Assembly (NCBI GenBank): GCA_008933015.1
Contig: WBXH01000003.1
Span: 1-50,368, forward strand
DNA from: Verrucomicrobiota bacterium
GTDB taxonomy: Bacteria; Verrucomicrobiota; Verrucomicrobiia; Chthoniobacterales; UBA6821
Length of the DNA stretch: 50,368 nucleotides
Direction: 5' to 3'
Shown: positions 34,252 to 42,169 of the stretch, piece by piece
Position numbering within the stretch: the first letter of the stretch is position 1
Layout: each line of letters begins with the position of its first letter
Position numbers and translations under genes: made by a program
Notes under the pieces: generated by a model
What the model saw: the letters and a program-made list of their open reading frames with translations, nothing else
Databases searched by the model: none
Told to the model about the DNA's origin: nothing

Positions 34252-34941
34252 TCACCTCCGATCGCCCCATTCCGTGGTCGAGTATCGACTCTTGGCTATT
34301 CTTTCAGCCTCAGTCAAAACCTCCTCTTTCAATGTCTTAATAATCAGCGTCTCGCAGAGTGCCCCAGCCATGGACTTGGGATCCAAACTCAGTGCATTCG
34401 GGAATTGGAGGCTTCCCTGATAAAGAAGCCCCCCATGACTGCGCCGTAGCGCTCCACCCAGACCTTTACGTCCATTTATCAGGAGGTCGTCACACGCCGG
34501 AGCAGAGAAGCAGGCACTCCCTTCACAAACCTCTGCGTCAGTAACCAACCGGACCTCCATGGGGAGCAGACAAGCAAGCCAAGAGGCGAGTCTCGAATGC
34601 AGTGATTTGTAAAAGAGAGTCGATGGCATGGAAGCCGCCTTCTCCGAGTGGGGAATCACTAACGAAAACGTCAGATCTTCGCCGTGGAGAACTATCCCAC
34701 CACCGGTCCAACGTCTGACAGAGGGGAGTTCGAGGTTGATAAGCTTTACCTCGGATAGCTTTTGAAAATACCCGAATGTGACGCATGGGGATTCCCAACT
34801 GTAAACCCTCAGCGTGGGAGTCTCCACAGAGAGCAACAAGGCCTCATCCAAGGCCATCTGCATAGCTCCATCGAAAACCTTGTCAGGAAGAATCAGATTA
34901 AGCCGGTGGAACATTGGGAAAAAATGCTGGAAGTCAGTCAC
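34252..34941 (-). CDS. Lipoate-protein ligase / octanoyltransferase family protein
   Basis: MALDEALL, LRVYSW, VRRWTGGGIVLH, GRKGLGGA, LYQGSL; start 34941 (GTG) or 34914. Confidence 0.88.
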   Translation of the reverse strand: MTDFQHFFPMFHRLNLILPDKVFDGAMQMALDEALLLSVETPTLRVYSWESPCVTFGYFQKLSEVKLINLELPSVRRWTGGGIVLHGEDLTFSLVIPHSEKAASMPSTLFYKSLHSRLASWLACLLPMEVRLVTDAEVCEGSACFSAPACDDLLINGRKGLGGALRRSHGGLLYQGSLQFPNALSLDPKSMAGALCETLIIKTLKEEVLTEAERIAKSRYSTTEWGDRR

Positions 34942-35047
34942 TCAGGAGAGGCTTCCGTGACATCATTCGCAGAATTCAAGAATTCTGGAAATCATCGGCG
35001 CAACCTTTTTCTTCCCCACACCTTAAGGACTACTCTACGCTGAAAGA

Positions 35048-35998
35048 ATGGCAAAGTCTGAGCTTCGAAAAAATGACGGGGAAGCAAACGCAGGAAAAAG
35101 CCTCGGGAAGGGGCTAGGAAAAGGTTTGGGTAAGGGACTAGGTGCCCTCATCAATACCCGCGTTGCTGCACCCATACCCTCCGAGGAACACGGTGAGCGC
35201 ATCCAAATGATCAGGCTTGACCAGATCATTCCGAGCCCACTTCAGCCCAGGACAGAATTTCCTGCGGATCACCTCGTTGAACTTGTCGACTCCATCAGGG
35301 AGCGAGGAATCATACAACCCCTGATTGTACGGCTTGCAGCTGGAAAATACGAACTTATCGCCGGTGAGCGCCGGATGAGGGCTTCCCTTGAGGTGGGCCT
35401 TGCCGAGGCGCCGGTCATCGTGCGCAAAGCTTCCGATCAGGAGGTTTTGGAATTGGCGCTCATCGAGAATCTCCAGCGTGAAGGACTTAATCCGATCGAA
35501 GAAGCCGCTGCCTATCAGCGCCTTTCCAAGGAGTTCCGCCTGACCCAGGAAGAAATCGCCAAACGCGTCGGAAAAAGCCGTTCAGATGTCGCTAATGCGA
35601 TACGACTCATGGAATTGGACGGGGAGGTAAGAACTCACCTTATCCAGGCACGTCTTAGCAAGGGGCATGCAAAGGTCCTGCTTGCCATCAAGGATCATGC
35701 GGAGCAGAGGTTGCTGGCGGAAAAGCTCATCCGTATGGCCGCCTCGGTGCGCGATGCCGAACAATTGGTAGCAGCCCATCTCGCGGGAACCAAACCTCGA
35801 AAACCAGGAGTTAGGAATTCGCGCAAAATGCCAGAACTTCCGCCCGCACTCAAACATCTCGAAAATAAGCTCCAGCACCGTTTCTCCACGCGGGTATCCC
35901 TGACTCATGCCGAAAAGAAGGGTCACATCTCCATCGAATATTACGGCTCGGATGATCTCCACCGCCTTCTTGGCGAATTCGGGATCTCCGCGGACTGA
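35048..35998 (+). CDS. parB: Chromosome partitioning protein ParB
   Basis: LGKGLGAL, QPR, GIIQPLIV, IAGERR, ALIENLQRE, HTH TQEEIAKRVGKSRSDVAN. Confidence 0.96.
   Translation: MAKSELRKNDGEANAGKSLGKGLGKGLGKGLGALINTRVAAPIPSEEHGERIQMIRLDQIIPSPLQPRTEFPADHLVELVDSIRERGIIQPLIVRLAAGKYELIAGERRMRASLEVGLAEAPVIVRKASDQEVLELALIENLQREGLNPIEEAAAYQRLSKEFRLTQEEIAKRVGKSRSDVANAIRLMELDGEVRTHLIQARLSKGHAKVLLAIKDHAEQRLLAEKLIRMAASVRDAEQLVAAHLAGTKPRKPGVRNSRKMPELPPALKHLENKLQHRFSTRVSLTHAEKKGHISIEYYGSDDLHRLLGEFGISAD
35093..35140 (+). repeat. Four imperfect 12-nt units encoding (GK[S/G]L)x4
   Basis: GGAAAAAGCCTC / GGGAAGGGGCTA / GGAAAAGGTTTG / GGTAAGGGACTA. Confidence 0.85.
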
Positions 35999-36042
35999 CC
36001 CCTGAGAGGGGCTAGTCATCACAATCCAAGCTGAGTTTTACC

Positions 36043-36984
36043 ATGAAGAGCCTCACCCACCTGATTCGTTTCATAGACTCCGATTACTTCCCACGTGGCA
36101 TCGAAGCGACCAGGGCAATGCCGGAACGAATGGAATGGAGCAGGGCTATTCCCTTTATCATCCTTCACTTGGGTTGCCTTGGGGTCTTCTGGGTTGGATA
36201 TAGTCCCATAGCCATTGCGGTCTGTGGGGCACTCTATGCTGTGCGGATGTTTTTTGTCACCGGCATCTACCATCGTTATTTCTGCCACAAAGCGTACAAG
36301 ACCAATAGAGGGGTCCAGTTTCTTTTTGCCCTGCTCGGCCTTCTCTGCGTTCAGCGAGGAGCTCTCTGGTGGGCGGCGGTTCATCGCCATCATCACGCAC
36401 ACTCGGATGAGGAGGTCGATGTCCACTCTCCCAAGCAAAAGGGCTTTCTCTGGGCTCATATCGGCTGGATGACGAGCAGCAGGAATTTCCCCACCGATTA
36501 TTCCCTTATCCCCGATCTGGCCAGGTTCCCCGAACTCGTCTTCCTGAACCGGTTTGATCTGATCGGCCCTCTTCTTCTTGCCATCCTGACCTATGGTCTT
36601 GGAGCATTACTCTCCAATCTCGATCCAGCCCTGCACACGTCTGGATCGCAGATGCTGGTCTGGGGGGGATTCGTCAGCACGGTCCTTCTTTTTCACGGCA
36701 CCTGCTGCATCAATTCCATGGCCCACGTCTTTGGAAAGCCGCGTTACGAGACCGGTGACGATAGCAAAAACAGCTTCTTGCTTGCGATGATAACCCTCGG
36801 TGAAGGATGGCATAACAATCATCACCGATACCAGTCCTCGGCTCGTCAGGGATTCTACTGGTGGGAGATCGACCCTACCTATTATACACTCCGCCTCCTT
36901 GCCTGCATGGGCATCATCAGCAATCTCAAGCGCGTTCCCGAGAGTGCGTACCGAGATGAAAATACGATCAGGAATGGAACCTAG
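36043..36984 (+). CDS. Membrane fatty acid (acyl-CoA, delta-9-like) desaturase
   Basis: His boxes HRYFCH, HRHHH, GEGWHNNHH; INSMAH; WWEID. Confidence 0.95.
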   Translation: MKSLTHLIRFIDSDYFPRGIEATRAMPERMEWSRAIPFIILHLGCLGVFWVGYSPIAIAVCGALYAVRMFFVTGIYHRYFCHKAYKTNRGVQFLFALLGLLCVQRGALWWAAVHRHHHAHSDEEVDVHSPKQKGFLWAHIGWMTSSRNFPTDYSLIPDLARFPELVFLNRFDLIGPLLLAILTYGLGALLSNLDPALHTSGSQMLVWGGFVSTVLLFHGTCCINSMAHVFGKPRYETGDDSKNSFLLAMITLGEGWHNNHHRYQSSARQGFYWWEIDPTYYTLRLLACMGIISNLKRVPESAYRDENTIRNGT

Positions 36985-38278
36985 GTCACTCCCTCGGATT
37001 GCCGTTGTCGGAACCGGCGTCTCGGGACTCTCATGCGCATGGGGCCTGAGAGACGTGGCCAACCTGACACTTTTTGAGTCGGCAAATCGTCCGGGAGGAC
37101 ACAGCAATACCGTTACTATCATGGAGGATGGGATGGAAATCCCGATCGACACGGGGTTCATTGTCTTCAACAAGGTCACCTACCCCTATCTCTGCCGCCT
37201 TTTTGAGGAGTTGGGTGTCATCATGAAACCGAGCGAGATGTCCTTCAGTGTTCAGCACGCAGCAAGCGGTCTCGAGTACAACGGCATGGGGTTCAACAAG
37301 CTCTTTGCCCAGCGTCGCAATCTCGGCAACCTCCGATTTCTGAAACTGATTGCCGAGATCATGCGGTTCTTCAGTGTCGGCAGAAAGTGGTTGCGCGATG
37401 AAGCTGAAGGCGACCCCTCAGACGAGCATGCAGATTTTGATACTGAGGACTTGGGAACATTCTGCAAAAGGCATAGGTTCGGCCGTGATTTTCTCGACCT
37501 TTACTTGATTCCGATGAGCTCTGCGGTCTGGTCCACGGAACCAGGCAGGATCCTTGATTTCCCAACCGGAACCCTCCTGCATTTTTTCCACAACCACGGA
37601 TTTCTAGGGATCACCACGCACCATCCTTGGTTCACGGTCGAGGGAGGTGCCCGCACCTATGTTAGGAAGATGCTGGAAGTTCTGGGATCACCCCGACTTG
37701 GCGATCCTGTTACCAAAGTGGAAGAGACGAATGATGGGGTATGGGTGACGACAAGTTCGGGAACAAGGGGACGCTTTGATGCGGTCATTCTGGCCTCCCA
37801 TGCGGACCAGACCCTTCGCCTCCTAAGTGTGCCAACATCCCATCAGGAGCGTCTTCTCTCGGCCTTTCACTACCAGCGCAACGAGGCGCTACTGCACACA
37901 GACACCTCGGTGATGCCGGAGCGTCATCTTGCCTGGGCTTCTTGGAATTTCAGGGCCGAAGAGGGACCTGATGGTCATCAGCGCGCAGCCACCCATTACT
38001 GGATGAATGCCCTTCAGGGAGTTTCGCAGAAAAAGGACTATTTCGTCTCGCTCAATAGCAGTAAAAAAATTGATCCGGAGAGCGTTCTCTACTCTACGGA
38101 GTATGACCATCCGATCTTCACACTGAAGGCAATTCAGGCTCAAAGGGAGCTTCCCTCCCTCAACCACGAAGGTCGTCTTTTCTTCTGTGGCAGTTATTTC
38201 CGCTACGGATTCCACGAGGATGCCTGCAAGTCGGGGTTTGATGCGGCAAGTGCTGTTCGGAAGCATCTCCTCCAATGA
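36974..38278 (+). CDS. FAD-dependent oxidoreductase (UfaD-like)
   Basis: IAVVGTGVSGL, RPGGHSNT, IDTGFIVFN, AWASWN, YWMNALQ, GFHEDA; start ATG 36974 (or 36956). Confidence 0.88.
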   Translation: MEPRSLPRIAVVGTGVSGLSCAWGLRDVANLTLFESANRPGGHSNTVTIMEDGMEIPIDTGFIVFNKVTYPYLCRLFEELGVIMKPSEMSFSVQHAASGLEYNGMGFNKLFAQRRNLGNLRFLKLIAEIMRFFSVGRKWLRDEAEGDPSDEHADFDTEDLGTFCKRHRFGRDFLDLYLIPMSSAVWSTEPGRILDFPTGTLLHFFHNHGFLGITTHHPWFTVEGGARTYVRKMLEVLGSPRLGDPVTKVEETNDGVWVTTSSGTRGRFDAVILASHADQTLRLLSVPTSHQERLLSAFHYQRNEALLHTDTSVMPERHLAWASWNFRAEEGPDGHQRAATHYWMNALQGVSQKKDYFVSLNSSKKIDPESVLYSTEYDHPIFTLKAIQAQRELPSLNHEGRLFFCGSYFRYGFHEDACKSGFDAASAVRKHLLQ

Positions 38279-39120
38279 CCCCTCACCTGAACTCGTGTCT
38301 CTACGAGTGTACGGTCTTTCACCGAAGACTGGCTCCGAAGACGCATGAGTTCCTCTACAAGGTTTTTTATTTCCTGATCGATCTGGATGAACTCTCACTA
38401 CTGAGCAGTTCGCTACGCCTCCTGAAAGTAAACCGCCCGGGCCTTTACAGCTTTCGTGAAAGCGACCACATCAGTCATGGTTTTACCTCAGCGAGGGAAA
38501 ACATCCTGAGCTTTCTACGAGATCAAGGCATCACCGAACCTGTTGGTCGCATCCAACTACTGACCCTCCCTCGCGTCCTTGGGTATATCTTTAACCCAAT
38601 CTCGATTTATTTCTGTCACCAAGCGGATGGATCCCCACTGGTTTCGATTGCAGAAGTCGGCAATACCTTTGGGGAATGGAAGCCCTATCTGGTTCCCCTG
38701 CAACCGGACGGCACTTTTCACACCCACGTGGTGAAACATTTCTATGTCTCCCCATTTTCGGATCTCGATCTAGAATTTGATTTCCGCTTCCAACTTCCGG
38801 ACGAGCACTTGCGGGTCTCAATCGATGATTACCGGGGCGAGAAGCGTGAACTGATTAGCCTCCTGAGCGGAAAGCGGGTTTCCTTGAGCGACCCAAACCT
38901 CCTTCGCTTCAGTTTCAAATATCCTTTCATGACCCTGCAGGTTATTTTTGGCATTCACTGGCAGGCACTTCTTCTCTGGCTGAAAGGAAACAAGGCACGA
39001 CGAAAGGAGAGTGACCCTGACCTTCAGCGGAAGGTTCATAGGCCTCACAAATCACTCGCCAATCACCCCGCTTCCTGCGCCCACTCTGACAATTCAAATT
39101 TTCCCGATTCCATCGCATGA
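38275..39120 (+). CDS. DUF1365 family protein (UfaO-like)
   Basis: VFHRRLAP, LLTLPRVLGYIFNPISIY, AEVGNTFGE, KHFYVSPF, IHWQALLLWLKG; ATGA overlap with upstream gene. Confidence 0.88.
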   Translation: MTPHLNSCLYECTVFHRRLAPKTHEFLYKVFYFLIDLDELSLLSSSLRLLKVNRPGLYSFRESDHISHGFTSARENILSFLRDQGITEPVGRIQLLTLPRVLGYIFNPISIYFCHQADGSPLVSIAEVGNTFGEWKPYLVPLQPDGTFHTHVVKHFYVSPFSDLDLEFDFRFQLPDEHLRVSIDDYRGEKRELISLLSGKRVSLSDPNLLRFSFKYPFMTLQVIFGIHWQALLLWLKGNKARRKESDPDLQRKVHRPHKSLANHPASCAHSDNSNFPDSIA

Positions 39121-39698
39121 GCACTTCCGATTCCGAAGCCACAAACGAACTCCTCAAAACCATTTCCCTCAGCCTAAAGGGGATCCATAACTCCCTTGAG
39201 CACCTCACAGCGGCCGTAGAGGGTGTCGCAGAGTCTATTGAGAAGGCTCATGAACCCGAAGGTGATCTCGGTGTCCATCTCGTTAGCTCTCTTAAAGAAC
39301 TCGCCTCTGCGCTCCATAAACGGGCCCAGCAGGAACGGAGCTCTCAACCCCAGCAGGGACAGCGCCATCAGAATCAAAACCAAAAGCAGGGCCGCCGCGA
39401 TGACCGTCAGCAACAGCGCCAACACCGTCAGGACGTTCGGACTCAGCACTCGCAGGATGATCATCCCGGTGAAGATCTACAACCCGGCGCGGACTACGAG
39501 CAGCCAGATGAACCGTTGCATTCCATGCCCGAAGAGCATGATGAGCCCTTAAAGGGAGTCCAACCACCAACGGAAATCAAAGAATCCGGCGAAACAGCAA
39601 CACCGAGAACAGCACCAAAGAACTCGCGTCCCCGACCAAACCGCCGTCGTCGCAGCAGCAGTGGCAATGGAGCAGGTAAAACTGCTAGGAAGCAATAA
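39117..39698 (+). CDS. Hypothetical protein: helical N-terminus, Gln/Arg-rich disordered tail
   Basis: 193-aa ORF with ATGA overlap on DUF1365 stop; fills the gap before a convergent gene. Confidence 0.7.
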   Translation: MSTSDSEATNELLKTISLSLKGIHNSLEHLTAAVEGVAESIEKAHEPEGDLGVHLVSSLKELASALHKRAQQERSSQPQQGQRHQNQNQKQGRRDDRQQQRQHRQDVRTQHSQDDHPGEDLQPGADYEQPDEPLHSMPEEHDEPLKGVQPPTEIKESGETATPRTAPKNSRPRPNRRRRSSSGNGAGKTARKQ

Positions 39699-39720
39699 AG
39701 CCAGACCGTAAAAAGGGTAA

Positions 39721-40467
39721 CTACTTCCTTGGCGTAAGGCTTCGGCAGGCTTTAGCAAAGCGCCGGACTTTTTCCGGGTCCTTGCGGAAACGGATCGGTT
39801 TTCCGTCCGTATCGAGCAGATTCGTAGCGGTGCAGGTATCAGCACCCGCAGGTAGAGTGTAACGTAGTCCATCGGCGACATTTTCGGGTGATAATCCTCC
39901 GGCTAGAATCACGGGTCTCTCACTTTGGGCCACCAACCGCCTTGCCATCTCCCAGTCGCAGATCTTCCCAGTGATGCCGACGTGACCGGTCACTGGTTGA
40001 TCCTCTCCCTGTACCAGGAGGGTATCTGTCAGAAACCAATCGCTTACTGCCTCAATGAGGCGCGCTATTTCCAAGGTCGGCACGCGGTCAGCTAAGCCAG
40101 GTGGGGCAATCGGAATCGTTCTCATGATCTCGACCCTCGGGAATCTTGACTTCACCCCCTCCTGCAAAGAAAAGGCTGCCATGAGAGCACGATCATCAAT
40201 CGACACTCCAACGTTAAGGCTATCACAGAAGTGAATGATATCGGGTTGGTACCAATCGATCACCCGGTAAACAATCTCCTGATCGGCAAAGAGAGGAATG
40301 ATACTGCTCTTGCGCTGAGCTTGACGAATCACCTCCACCGATTCCTTGAGTGCCGGAATCTTCCACTCCCGAGCGGAGAGAATCACTCCTCCGATATGAT
40401 CGACACCACATTCGGACATCAGAGCAGCTTCCTTGGGTTCCTGTATCTCGTAGATTTGGACGATCAT
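39721..40467 (-). CDS. TrpF-like (phosphoribosylanthranilate isomerase fold) protein
   Basis: GVDHIG, FLTDT, GITGKICDW, VILAGGLSPENV, GADTCT, KDPEKVRRF; lacks KICG. Confidence 0.8.
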   Translation of the reverse strand: MIVQIYEIQEPKEAALMSECGVDHIGGVILSAREWKIPALKESVEVIRQAQRKSSIIPLFADQEIVYRVIDWYQPDIIHFCDSLNVGVSIDDRALMAAFSLQEGVKSRFPRVEIMRTIPIAPPGLADRVPTLEIARLIEAVSDWFLTDTLLVQGEDQPVTGHVGITGKICDWEMARRLVAQSERPVILAGGLSPENVADGLRYTLPAGADTCTATNLLDTDGKPIRFRKDPEKVRRFAKACRSLTPRK

Positions 40468-40544
40468 TCTGGGATATTAAGCCAAACAGGTCATTCCCGC
40501 AGAGTCCAAACTCGCGGACAAACAGAAAGACTGACCAATTCTTA

Positions 40545-40727
40545 TTAACGGTGCCTTGCGATCAGCAAGATCAGAAAGCCGTATTCAGCAAGGGTTATAG
40601 TGACCCCCCAACCAACAGTCTTCAGAAAAGCTTTCCATGTCGGAAATGATTCCGGAATGACTTCCTCTTCAAGATTCCTAGCAGGGGGGCGGACTACCGA
40701 ACCACGTATTGTGTGCAGGTTTTCCAT
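40545..40727 (-). CDS. Small putative membrane protein (60 aa)
   Basis: ATG 40727 preceded by purine-rich GAGAGTGAGGG; C-terminal hydrophobic segment then RHR; tandem TAA TAA stop. Confidence 0.5.
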   Translation of the reverse strand: MENLHTIRGSVVRPPARNLEEEVIPESFPTWKAFLKTVGWGVTITLAEYGFLILLIARHR

Positions 40728-40930
40728 CCCCTCACTCTCTCTGATCTCTTCATAAAAAAAAGAGAAATATGACGTAATTGTAACAATTTTCACCTTGACA
40801 CAATTTACTTCATTCAAATGGCAACACAGTACAACTCCTTTCTTAATGAAAGAAGAGGAAGTTTACAGTGAAAGGGAGAGCGTCGCTTAAAGCGCTCCCC
40901 GATCAATCCTTACCCCATCCGAAGAACAAC

Positions 40931-41887
40931 TCAGGAAATCTTTTGGGGAACCGTGAAGGAATAGAGCACCTCGCCCGTTCCAGCAATCAACCGCACATCC
41001 ATCGCCTCGGGTTTGAGAGAAGCCGCCATAAAACCGGGATGAGACATTGAATATTTTGATTGTGGCGTCGCACCAACCGGACGGACCGTGGAACCAGCGC
41101 CCACACAGAACATGTTAACCCCACCAGCCTGTAAATGCTGAAGATCATGATCGTGTCCGCAAATGTAGGCCTGGACCCCATACTTGGAGAGTAATGGTAG
41201 CAATTGATCAACCAACTCCGGCGTATCCCCATGTTCTCCGCCCGAGTAGATGGGATGGTGACCGAACACTATCTTCCAAGGAGCTTTTGAAGCAGCAAGT
41301 TGTTGCTCGATCCAAGCTAGTTGCTTGCCACAGTCCTGGGAGAGGATTTCCTTGCCCATGAGTTTGTCATGGGCGTATTTGGCAACGAAGGGATTAGTAT
41401 CGATATAGATCATATCGACATCACTGCCACCAGGCACCTGTTCGGTCCTCTGATAATAGCGGGATGGCATACTCCAGCGCGGACTTTTCTGACAATAATC
41501 GATCTGAGCCTTACAGTTGCCACGGTAGTCGTGGTTTCCGAGGATCAAGCGCCAAGGAACCTGCAGCGAGGAGGCCGTGTAGACATCCTCAAAGGAAGCC
41601 TTGAATTGAGGGTCATCTGCGGACGAAACACCGAAATCATAGAAATTATCCCCCACTGATACAATGAAGGGAGCCATGATCTGCGAGGCAGCAAGTCCCA
41701 TCTGGCGCGCCACATCGAGTTGATCTTTCTGGCCTTTCCTTCCCCAGTCACCGACAACGATGAAGTTGAGCCCCAGAGAGGAGGTCTCGGCAGCGAAGAG
41801 GCCCCTTGTCAGAAGCGGCCCAGAGAGAGCCACCTGGGCGGTAGCTGCAAAAAGTGTTCTAACAAAGTCCCTGCGGGTGGCGCTCAT
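40931..41887 (-). CDS. Tat-exported metallophosphoesterase (tartrate-resistant/purple acid phosphatase type)
   Basis: MSATRRDFV twin-arginine signal at 41887; GDWG, GDNFY, LGNHDY, GHHPIY, CGHDH. Confidence 0.93.
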   Translation of the reverse strand: MSATRRDFVRTLFAATAQVALSGPLLTRGLFAAETSSLGLNFIVVGDWGRKGQKDQLDVARQMGLAASQIMAPFIVSVGDNFYDFGVSSADDPQFKASFEDVYTASSLQVPWRLILGNHDYRGNCKAQIDYCQKSPRWSMPSRYYQRTEQVPGGSDVDMIYIDTNPFVAKYAHDKLMGKEILSQDCGKQLAWIEQQLAASKAPWKIVFGHHPIYSGGEHGDTPELVDQLLPLLSKYGVQAYICGHDHDLQHLQAGGVNMFCVGAGSTVRPVGATPQSKYSMSHPGFMAASLKPEAMDVRLIAGTGEVLYSFTVPQKIS

Positions 41888-41959
41888 TGTGTTCTGATTG
41901 TTTCCGAGTCTTGTTACCCTCTGATTAAGGGGGCTTCCAGAAAATCTACTCAATAAAAG

Positions 41960-42033
41960 TGGCTGCCCCGCATGGATTCGAACCATGAATAAATCCTCCA
42001 AAGGGACCTGTGTTACCGTTACACTACAGGGCA
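41960..42033 (-). tRNA. tRNA-Gln(TTG) with encoded CCA
   Basis: Reverse complement TGCCCTGTAGTGTAACGGTAACACAGGTCCCTTTGGAGGATTTATTCATGGTTCGAATCCATGCGGGGCAGCCA; anticodon loop CTTTGGA. Confidence 0.95.
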
Positions 42034-42169
42034 ATTGAACTCTGTTTTTATTGCCTGAACGTTTCCGGGGCAATGAGAAACGACTCGGACTGCAGAATGA
42101 GATTCAATCACTAGCTCCTGATTAGCCTTCTCATTCGTTGCCCTCTTTAGTTGAGTCTTATGACTCATC

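Noticed and set aside
34201-34963. CCGTGACAT 9-mer on both sides of the lipoate ligase gene as a target-site duplication
   Set aside because: Short enough to be chance; no mobile element features.
34942-36042. parS site near parB
   Set aside because: No TGTTTCACGTGAAACA-like palindrome seen; CACGTG cores elsewhere lack matching arms.
39700-41960. Integrative island at the 3' end of tRNA-Gln
   Set aside because: No integrase, and I found no duplicate of the tRNA 3' end (att site).
41888-42073. N-terminal extension of the acid phosphatase ORF as given in the ORF track
   Set aside because: It runs through tRNA-Gln; the twin-arginine signal fixes the start at 41887.
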